From a virus (Duplodnaviria > Caudoviricetes): a stretch of DNA of 55,256 nt. The DNA is taken from positions 1 to 55,256 of the IMG/VR virus record IMGVR_UViG_3300021197_000351. One strand, written 5' to 3'. The notes beneath the pieces are model-generated. The model made no database searches. It saw only the letters and a program-made list of their open reading frames with translations, and was not told the origin of the DNA. Both the position numbers and the translations under genes were made by a program. Below, piece by piece: positions 47,898 through 54,340 of this stretch; within the stretch, counting starts at the first letter, position 1; the number at the start of each line of letters is the position of its first letter.

Positions 47898-48434
47898 ATG
47901 AATATTCAAAGTTTCCAGCCTCGCAATTATCGCATTGACAATGTTGAATTGAACTGGGCTAAATTGACCAAACCTGTTTCACCATTCGGCGTTATGCAGT
48001 ATGAGCTTCAAATTGCTACTACTGATAAAACCGTAGCTGACGAATGGTCTGCTAATCATCTTAATGTTAAGTCAGAGCTTGACAAAGAAACTAAGCAGCC
48101 AACAGGTAAGTTCATTGCTTCTCTTAAGCGTAAAGCATTCAAAGCTGATCAGTCTGATAACGGTGCTCCCACTGTTGTTGGCGCCGATGCTCAGCCTATC
48201 GATGCTTCAAAGCTTGGCAATGGTTCAACCGGTAACGTAATCATCTATCAGATGTACTACAAAAATGCCGGTCGTGAAGGCATCTCCAGCTCTCTTACTG
48301 CTGTGCAAGTCGCAGAGTTCAAAGAGTACACTGGCGATTCCAGCTTCGAGCCAATCGCAGACCTTGCTAATCCTGCAGCGTTTGCACCAGCCGAAGCTCC
48401 AGCAACGGACGAAGCAACTGCGAATCCATTCTAA
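47898..48434 (+). CDS. Single-stranded DNA-binding protein (T7 gp2.5-like OB fold)
   Basis: WAKL...LGNGSTGNV...LTAVQVAEFKEY; acidic tail ending in Phe (DEATANPF). Confidence 0.8.
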   Translation: MNIQSFQPRNYRIDNVELNWAKLTKPVSPFGVMQYELQIATTDKTVADEWSANHLNVKSELDKETKQPTGKFIASLKRKAFKADQSDNGAPTVVGADAQPIDASKLGNGSTGNVIIYQMYYKNAGREGISSSLTAVQVAEFKEYTGDSSFEPIADLANPAAFAPAEAPATDEATANPF

Positions 48435-48442
48435 TCTCCCTG

Positions 48443-48468
48443 AGGGCTCACACTACGGTGTGGGTCCT
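48443..48468 (+). terminator. Stable RNA hairpin after the SSB gene (terminator or stabiliser)
   Basis: 11-bp stem AGGGCTCACAC/GTGTGGGTCCT with a C(UACG)G tetraloop; weak U tail. Confidence 0.6.
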
Positions 48469-48498
48469 TACTCTACTGCAAACCTCCATCCGACCTAT

Positions 48499-48522
48499 GA
48501 CGGCTAGCGCCGCCTTTCCAGT
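48499..48522 (+). promoter_or_regulatory. Putative hairpin promoter 3
   Basis: GACGGC-TAGC-GCCGCC-TTTCCAGT. Confidence 0.65.
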
Positions 48523-48741
48523 GCAACATACGTTTATTTGTATGCTCTGCTTTATTATCGCAGGTACCTAGTTAAGACCACACCAATATCCTAGGCGGTT
48601 AGTATCCTGCACATACTTCCTGAGTACGAAGATAAACTGCTCACCTCATTCTCATAGCAGCTCTAGCGTAGTAGCAGTCTCTCCTTCATGCTCCGCTAGA
48701 GCGCTTGCTTTTTACTCAACCTCCATCCGAAAGGTTCTCTC

Positions 48742-49071
48742 ATGTCAACTGATTCCGACGACGTAACAGCCGTAGCTCACGTCACTAAAGAGTTTACATT
48801 CATCGACCCTCTCAGCGATGGTGAGTGTATGGCTCTTATTCAAACAGCAGAAGCTGATAATATCAAAATCATTATTACCGAATCTCGGCGTATTGTTTTG
48901 TTTCCTTGTGACGACTTGCACACTGCCACAGCAATACTTGCCGAAGTTAATCTCATCGAATCAATCGGTTTCATACGCGAAATAGTCGAATGGGATATAA
49001 CCGGTCTTATAAGCGAATACGAATTACCCATTCAACTAACCCCGGAAGGAAATGATAATGACCAAATTTGA
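48742..49071 (+). CDS. Acidic early hypothetical protein
   Basis: 109-aa ORF with GAAAGG RBS. Confidence 0.65.
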   Translation: MSTDSDDVTAVAHVTKEFTFIDPLSDGECMALIQTAEADNIKIIITESRRIVLFPCDDLHTATAILAEVNLIESIGFIREIVEWDITGLISEYELPIQLTPEGNDNDQI

Positions 49072-49150
49072 TGTATTCTATTACGGCATGCTACTCGGCA
49101 TTGCTATGATTATCATCGACTATTACTTTATTCCCGGAGGTATGTACTAA
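49058..49150 (+). CDS. Tiny membrane protein (30 aa)
   Basis: MTKFDVFYYGMLLGIAMIIIDYYFIPGGMY; RBS present, TAATG coupling. Confidence 0.5.
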   Translation: MTKFDVFYYGMLLGIAMIIIDYYFIPGGMY

Positions 49151-49704
49151 TGGCCGAAGTAATGCTTAACGAACTTCGTCATGCTATTGATGCATACAAG
49201 TTCACAATCACATCAAAAGATGACCCACAATTACTACGGCTAAAGCAACTCATTAGCAACCACAATGCTCGAGTACGCTCTATGGCACGTCGTTTCAATC
49301 ATTACTCATCTAACCAATTACTCCGTGTCAGTCTCATGGCACGCGGTAAACGCCGTGACAAATACGGCAAGCGTCTACATCCTAACTGTGATTCAAACCT
49401 ACAACATAAGTATGCTTCACGTTTCGATGTTTACATTCATGCTGATTCTTCAGGTAACTACGAGCTATCTGAAGAAATCAAAACCGGTCTTACTTCAGGC
49501 CAACAACGTAAAATCAAAAGCCTTAACTTCGAACGTCTCAAACAAGAATGGGCAGACGAAGAATACCTACGTACTAAAGGCGTCTACATCAGCCATATCG
49601 ACGGTAATAAAGTCCATATGTCTTACGATAAATACATCGCAGCCGCTCGCGCTGCACATCCTAATATGCCCGAAACTACTTTCAAAAGAATATTTCGTGC
49701 ATAA
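49150..49704 (+). CDS. Basic early hypothetical protein
   Basis: 184-aa ORF with GGAGG RBS. Confidence 0.7.
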   Translation: MAEVMLNELRHAIDAYKFTITSKDDPQLLRLKQLISNHNARVRSMARRFNHYSSNQLLRVSLMARGKRRDKYGKRLHPNCDSNLQHKYASRFDVYIHADSSGNYELSEEIKTGLTSGQQRKIKSLNFERLKQEWADEEYLRTKGVYISHIDGNKVHMSYDKYIAAARAAHPNMPETTFKRIFRA

Positions 49705-49757
49705 TCCAACCTTATCCCGGAATAGTAACGGCCGGATACAGAAAGGTTCATCGTTCT

Positions 49758-49841
49758 ATGCTAGCTGAAATCATGACCGCAATCGGATACATACTTCCTG
49801 TAGTATTCTTATTGCGTGCAATCAATTATTATTTGAGGTGA
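49758..49841 (+). CDS. Tiny membrane protein (27 aa)
   Basis: MLAEIMTAIGYILPVVFLLRAINYYLR; GAAAGG upstream. Confidence 0.4.
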   Translation: MLAEIMTAIGYILPVVFLLRAINYYLR

Positions 49842-49844
49842 ACT

Positions 49845-50066
49845 ATGTCTAAACTCGACGATGCAATGATAGCACGTATATCTGCTAATCTTCCCTTTCT
49901 GCGTCTAGCTATTACTGACGCTAATACCCACTCACGCGATGAAATTGCAAACTTCTTATGGCAATGGATGCGTTCTAATGAAAATGAAATCGATCGTACA
50001 TGGCGTCAAGAAGCAATCGAAGCCCGTACACGTCTTAACAATGGTTATACGAAAGCGATGCACTAA
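49845..50066 (+). CDS. Early hypothetical protein
   Basis: GAGGTG RBS; TAATG coupling. Confidence 0.65.
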   Translation: MSKLDDAMIARISANLPFLRLAITDANTHSRDEIANFLWQWMRSNENEIDRTWRQEAIEARTRLNNGYTKAMH

Positions 50067-50350
50067 TGTCAGTTCCTAAAATCATTGCCGACAGATTCTA
50101 CGAACATTTTGAAAGCGAATTATATGACTTTACTTTCGTTTACAAAACCGAAGCATCTGTAAACAATAAAACCATAATGGAATTATGCGAAGAATCTATT
50201 TGTGCAGCTCATGGTATTACACATGAGCAATATGTAAACGAAGAAACCAATATTCCTTACGACGAAATATTCGGCGACTCTGCAGATATGACCGAGCAAG
50301 TCGTTAATATTATGCTTGCACAATTCGCGGAGCAACACAATGGCACCTGA
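50066..50350 (+). CDS. Acidic early hypothetical protein
   Basis: 94 aa, Asp/Glu-rich. Confidence 0.65.
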   Translation: MSVPKIIADRFYEHFESELYDFTFVYKTEASVNNKTIMELCEESICAAHGITHEQYVNEETNIPYDEIFGDSADMTEQVVNIMLAQFAEQHNGT

Positions 50351-50666
50351 AGAAACACAATCAGCCGGTCTATCTCGTCTGCATCTTATGGAAGCTATGT
50401 TTCATCTCGACTACGCAATCGAACATCTCGTTAACTTATGTAATGACGAAGTATGTGATGATATTCGTACTGACACACGAAGCGCTCAAAATCAACTCGA
50501 AATAATTCATACACATCTATGCGAAGAAACCGACGACCTCTTCAACTTCGACGATTGGCATGGCCTCGAAGCGTTACTCGAACGCAATCGCGAAGCTATC
50601 GGTCACTGGTCGGCATATCAATTCAGTGAATGGAAACAATCCGGAAAGGTTCCTACTAATGGGTAA
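50340..50666 (+). CDS. Acidic early hypothetical protein
   Basis: GGAG before ATG 50340; Asp/Glu/His-rich. Confidence 0.65.
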   Translation: MAPEETQSAGLSRLHLMEAMFHLDYAIEHLVNLCNDEVCDDIRTDTRSAQNQLEIIHTHLCEETDDLFNFDDWHGLEALLERNREAIGHWSAYQFSEWKQSGKVPTNG

Positions 50667-50910
50667 ACTAAAGCAACTCGCCATGCATGTTGAAGATACT
50701 ATTCATGCATGCGTTCAAGACGGCTGGGACGAATGTGAAGGCACTATTGACGAAATGAAAAATGTCACACGTCAAAACATCGACCATCAGCTCGAGCGTA
50801 TCGCTGAGGAATATGGCTTCGAACTTGAAGATCTTCAAGCCTTATTCAACGATGGCGAAACAATCGAAGACATTATCGAAGATTCAATCTATGGCACATG
50901 GGAGGTATAA
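50659..50910 (+). CDS. Strongly acidic early protein
   Basis: GGAAAGG before ATG 50659. Confidence 0.65.
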   Translation: MGKLKQLAMHVEDTIHACVQDGWDECEGTIDEMKNVTRQNIDHQLERIAEEYGFELEDLQALFNDGETIEDIIEDSIYGTWEV

Positions 50911-50911
50911 C

Positions 50912-51100
50912 ATGGCTAAATTTGCAATCTATGATGCTACAATCAACGTTAATCCAATCGGTTCTCAAAACCTTTTGTTCAGACGTACTACCGATCGCTA
51001 TGCAGCTAAAGGTACTATTAGCTCTAACCGTGGCTATCTTAAAGTCTCTCGTAGCACTGCTCCAAAAACCCGTGGTCAATTTGTATCACGACCTGTGTAA
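50912..51100 (+). CDS. Small basic early protein
   Basis: GGAGGT before ATG 50912 (MAKFAIYD...). Confidence 0.6.
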   Translation: MAKFAIYDATINVNPIGSQNLLFRRTTDRYAAKGTISSNRGYLKVSRSTAPKTRGQFVSRPV

Positions 51101-51106
51101 AGAAAT

Positions 51107-51159
51107 AAAAAAGCCACTAGAAATACTTCATGTATCTCTAGTGGCTTTATTTACTTTTT
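51107..51159. terminator. Bidirectional intrinsic terminator
   Basis: AAAGCCACTAGA...TCTAGTGGCTTT stem with A- and T-rich flanks between convergent genes. Confidence 0.8.
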
Positions 51160-51562
51160 ACTGACCCACATCCGACAGTTCCTTGATCTTGCGGTCGAGT
51201 TCCTCTTCCGTCAAATCAGTAGCATCCAGATTCTTTGTGGTCTGATCAATTCTTTGCAGCTTCGGCTGCTCATACTCTGCTAATGCAATAGCCAGTCTTT
51301 CAATTGTATCCTGGTCTTCAGCTTGCATAGCTTTAATCAGTTGCACTTTAAGAATCTCGACAGCTGTCGGCATCTCCGTAATAATATCATCACGGATTTT
51401 CTTAAATTCATGCGCGGATAAACTCATTGCTTCTCGCAATGCTTTGTTCCGTCTTCGTGTTTCTGCACCTTTTGCTTGCATAGCGCGAGCTTTCTCAGAG
51501 TCCATATAGGGCTTTAGCTGCTTCAGCGAGTTCGGGTGTTTTCCACAGTTTTCATAACCCAT
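51158..51562 (-). CDS. Probable terminase small subunit
   Basis: HPNSLKQLKP, AEYEQPKL and DLTEEELD motifs resemble TerS-like proteins; GGAGG RBS and its own late-type promoter. Confidence 0.55.
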   Translation of the reverse strand: MGYENCGKHPNSLKQLKPYMDSEKARAMQAKGAETRRRNKALREAMSLSAHEFKKIRDDIITEMPTAVEILKVQLIKAMQAEDQDTIERLAIALAEYEQPKLQRIDQTTKNLDATDLTEEELDRKIKELSDVGQ

Positions 51563-51582
51563 AGTAAACCTCCAAGTTAAGT

Positions 51583-51600
51583 CTTTAAGGAGACATTTAA
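51583..51600 (-). promoter_or_regulatory. Putative phage-RNAP (late) promoter
   Basis: TTAAATGTCTCCTTAAAG on the - strand, 20 nt upstream of ATG 51562. Confidence 0.72.
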
Positions 51601-51630
51601 TTTTAATAACCGACATCCGGAGTATGCAGC

Positions 51631-51792
51631 ATGCGAGTTACACCTATAAATCCATACGCAAGGCTACTTCGTGATCCTAAATATAAACACCAAGTAGTTA
51701 AAAACAAAAGAAAATATAATCGAAAGCGAGATAAAGATGACAGATTACGGCAGAATAATGAGAGAAATAGAGGCGGAACAAAAGACGGCTAA
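51631..51792 (+). CDS. Small basic protein (53 aa)
   Basis: MRVTPINPYARLLRDPKYKHQVVKNKRKYNRK..., GGAG RBS; read by eye. Confidence 0.5.
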   Translation: MRVTPINPYARLLRDPKYKHQVVKNKRKYNRKRDKDDRLRQNNERNRGGTKDG

Positions 51793-51807
51793 CGCCGCCT
51801 CTCCAAT
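51784..51807 (+). promoter_or_regulatory. Putative hairpin promoter 4 heading the nucleotide metabolism/replication operon
   Basis: GACGGC-TAAC-GCCGCC-TCTCCAAT; 20 of the first 22 nt match the copy at 48499. Confidence 0.65.
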
Positions 51808-51829
51808 CAATAAAAGAAAGGAAGCTGAC

Positions 51830-52111
51830 ATGGCGAAGGTCACTGCAGTACAAATTTTACATGAAGCCGCCGAGCTTAAAGAGCGTAAGTCTAAAGACTA
51901 TCAAGGCGGTACATGGACTGAAGAAGATTACTTCCCGTTCGGAGATACATCTTACATCCACATGATTCATACAAAGTATTTGCGTATGCGCAATATCTGT
52001 GAAGGTGATCAGGATACAAACTTCGAAGCACTTGAGGACACGCTAGTTGACATGGCAGTTTACTGCGCAATGTTTGCAGCATATTTGGAGAATAAAAAGA
52101 ATGGTATTTAA
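51830..52111 (+). CDS. All-alpha nucleotide-modification-associated domain protein (DUF1599/Nmad1-like)
   Basis: ERKSKDY...KYLRM...FEALEDTLVDMAVY; AAAGGA RBS supports start 51830. Confidence 0.6.
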   Translation: MAKVTAVQILHEAAELKERKSKDYQGGTWTEEDYFPFGDTSYIHMIHTKYLRMRNICEGDQDTNFEALEDTLVDMAVYCAMFAAYLENKKNGI

Positions 52112-52271
52112 TGTAGGTGATAAAGTAGAAAAAGTTGGCGGTGACTATACGTTTGTAGGTGTAATTGTTTCAATATTTGAAAAGCTAAGTGGCGCTATTC
52201 GCTTAGTAGTTGAAGATGATCGTGGTGTACTGCATGTATATAGCGAAAAGATTTTGAGGCACGTTGAATAA
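52101..52271 (+). CDS. SH3-fold protein resembling R67/DfrB dihydrofolate reductase
   Basis: FNVGDKVEKVGG..F.G.IVS......RLVVE...GVLHVYS...L parallels the DfrB core pattern; GGAG RBS. Confidence 0.45.
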   Translation: MVFNVGDKVEKVGGDYTFVGVIVSIFEKLSGAIRLVVEDDRGVLHVYSEKILRHVE

Positions 52272-52462
52272 TGGAACTACATACATTCTATGGAACCAAT
52301 GAATACAAAGACCGCAGGGCTTATGTATTTCTTGAAGAAGACGGCTCATATACTGTAACAATGCTTAAAGATGTTACAATAGTTGAAGACCGTAACATTA
52401 AAGGACACTCAGAAACCTATGCAGAAAACTGCGCAGAGAACTGGGTATTAGGTATAATTTAG
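52271..52462 (+). CDS. Hypothetical protein
   Basis: 63 aa, HSETYAENCAENWVLG; coupled. Confidence 0.65.
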   Translation: MELHTFYGTNEYKDRRAYVFLEEDGSYTVTMLKDVTIVEDRNIKGHSETYAENCAENWVLGII

Positions 52463-52474
52463 AAAGGAATTCAA

Positions 52475-53266
52475 ATGGCTTGGACACTTGAATCGCAATA
52501 CATTGATATTGCTAGAAAAATCATACATAATGGAACAGTAAGAGAAACTCGGAATGCTGTAACACACTCGTTACCATTTCAAACAATGGAATTTTCACTT
52601 GAAAGTGGCTTCTTTCCGCTGCTTACGACACGCCAAATGTTTTACAAAGGTGTGCTAGGTGAATACGCCGCAATGATTAGAGGCCCACGGCATGTTAAAG
52701 ACTTTGAAAGATGGGGTTGTAACTACTGGAATCAATGGGCTAACGAAGATGGTTCGATTGCTGTCGACTATGGTAATGCATGGCGTGACTTCAATGGTGT
52801 CGACCAAATGGCGCATGTTATTGACAGCCTGCTTAACAATCCAGCTGATCGTCGCATGGTTATTAGTGGATGGCGTCCTGATAAACTCGATGATCTTAAT
52901 CTACCCTGCTGTCACCACAACTACCAGTTTTATTCTGACGGTAGCACATTGGATCTACTATGGATCCAAAGATCCGGAGATTGGATGGTGGGAGTACCCA
53001 GTGATGTGGTGCTTTCTGCAACTATGCTTCTATGCTTTAGTAGTGTTGCTTCCCTTAGGCCAGGCACTGTTAAGTTTATAGTTGGCGATGCTCATATATA
53101 CGCAGACCATATTAACGATGCTCATAAGCAAATTAAACGTTTGCCATGGGCTCCACCTAAATACGACTTGAAAAAGCAATCAGATGTGTATTCATTTGAA
53201 CCATCAGATCTTACAATTTCAAGCTACAAATACGAAGACTCTATTAAATATTCAGTAAAGGAATAA
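52475..53266 (+). CDS. thyA: Thymidylate synthase family protein (ThyA fold) with Asp at the dUMP-specificity Asn
   Basis: FPLLTTR, YGNAWR, RRM, LPCCH, QRSGD, GDAHIYADH. Confidence 0.88.
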   Translation: MAWTLESQYIDIARKIIHNGTVRETRNAVTHSLPFQTMEFSLESGFFPLLTTRQMFYKGVLGEYAAMIRGPRHVKDFERWGCNYWNQWANEDGSIAVDYGNAWRDFNGVDQMAHVIDSLLNNPADRRMVISGWRPDKLDDLNLPCCHHNYQFYSDGSTLDLLWIQRSGDWMVGVPSDVVLSATMLLCFSSVASLRPGTVKFIVGDAHIYADHINDAHKQIKRLPWAPPKYDLKKQSDVYSFEPSDLTISSYKYEDSIKYSVKE

Positions 53267-53268
53267 AC

Positions 53269-53718
53269 ATGAGCTACCGAGTAAATACCGATGTGCCTTG
53301 GCACTATCACATTGAAGACATGCATAACCTATTTGGTGTGCATGATTGGGTTAACAGTAAACTAGACGAAGGAGATATGGAATCTCTAAAAAAGTTTTTA
53401 GAATTTCGTATTCAATTTCTGAAAGAAGAACTAAATGAAACAGAAGAAGCATTTAATAACTCAGATCCAGCTGAAATTGTTGATGGTCTTATTGACCTAT
53501 GTGTTATCGCCATTGGTACACTGGATGCATTCGGCTGCGACTCCGCTGGTGCTTGGGCTGAAGTCATGGAAGCAAACATGGCGAAAGAACCTGGTGTTAA
53601 GGCTTCGCGCCCCAACCCTCTCGGTCTTCCTGATCTTATTAAACCTAAGGGATGGAGCGGACCGGATCATACGCATACAACAGGCGTTCTTACAAGAGTA
53701 CTCGGAAAGGAAGAGTAA
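53269..53718 (+). CDS. MazG-like/PRA-PH all-alpha NTP pyrophosphohydrolase
   Basis: LKEELNE...EIVDGLIDL...EVMEANMAK...DLIKPKGW. Confidence 0.8.
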   Translation: MSYRVNTDVPWHYHIEDMHNLFGVHDWVNSKLDEGDMESLKKFLEFRIQFLKEELNETEEAFNNSDPAEIVDGLIDLCVIAIGTLDAFGCDSAGAWAEVMEANMAKEPGVKASRPNPLGLPDLIKPKGWSGPDHTHTTGVLTRVLGKEE

Positions 53719-54183
53719 ATGAAAATCATAGTCTCGCAGGAATTCGTAGATCAATGTATTGCCCGCTCAAATATATACAACGCAGGTCAACGCTCTGAGC
53801 AACAGCTTATTAGAGATATTGAATGCGAAATTTTTGAGTACCATATGATTAGCACAGACCAGTGGGATGACCACGATTCTTGGAAAGTTGATGGTGTTTC
53901 AGATGTATATGGTAATGTTGACGTAAAGTTTATTGATAAGTTCTATAATATTGCTCATAAGAAAATGGCATACCTCGCATGGCAATCAACAGATGTTGAA
54001 ACATTTGTATTCTGTGAATGGGTTAGTAGGCCAGAGCGTCTCCTTAAAGCAGGTGATGAAGTCGAAGTCAATGTCGTAGGTATTTTATCTTATATGGATT
54101 TTCTTAAAAACCTGCGCCCATCTAAATTTAATGCAGGATATTATGTAAATGCCAGACAAGTTGCCCAAACATATGAGGAGTGA
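53719..54183 (+). CDS. Putative PD-(D/E)xK nuclease
   Basis: CEIFEY...KVDG......NVDVKF spacing resembles restriction-endonuclease-like active sites. Confidence 0.4.
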   Translation: MKIIVSQEFVDQCIARSNIYNAGQRSEQQLIRDIECEIFEYHMISTDQWDDHDSWKVDGVSDVYGNVDVKFIDKFYNIAHKKMAYLAWQSTDVETFVFCEWVSRPERLLKAGDEVEVNVVGILSYMDFLKNLRPSKFNAGYYVNARQVAQTYEE

Positions 54184-54340
54184 TGTTGATCATATTACTG
54201 AGCTACCTTTCGAAATAATTAAGTGCCCATCGTGTGCTATCTTATACCAAAGAATGTGGATAGATAGACTCGATGATCACTGCCCTAAATGTCTCAACAA
54301 GCATATGCTAGAAAGAGAAACCAATGAGACTAACATTTGA
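54149..54340 (+). CDS. Small zinc-ribbon protein (start uncertain)
   Basis: CPSC...CPKC. Confidence 0.5.
   Translation: MPDKLPKHMRSDVDHITELPFEIIKCPSCAILYQRMWIDRLDDHCPKCLNKHMLERETNETNI

Noticed and set aside
51737-51829. N-terminal extension of the Nmad1-like ORF from ATG 51737
   Set aside because: It overlaps the 51631-51792 ORF and hairpin element 4; a good RBS precedes ATG 51830.
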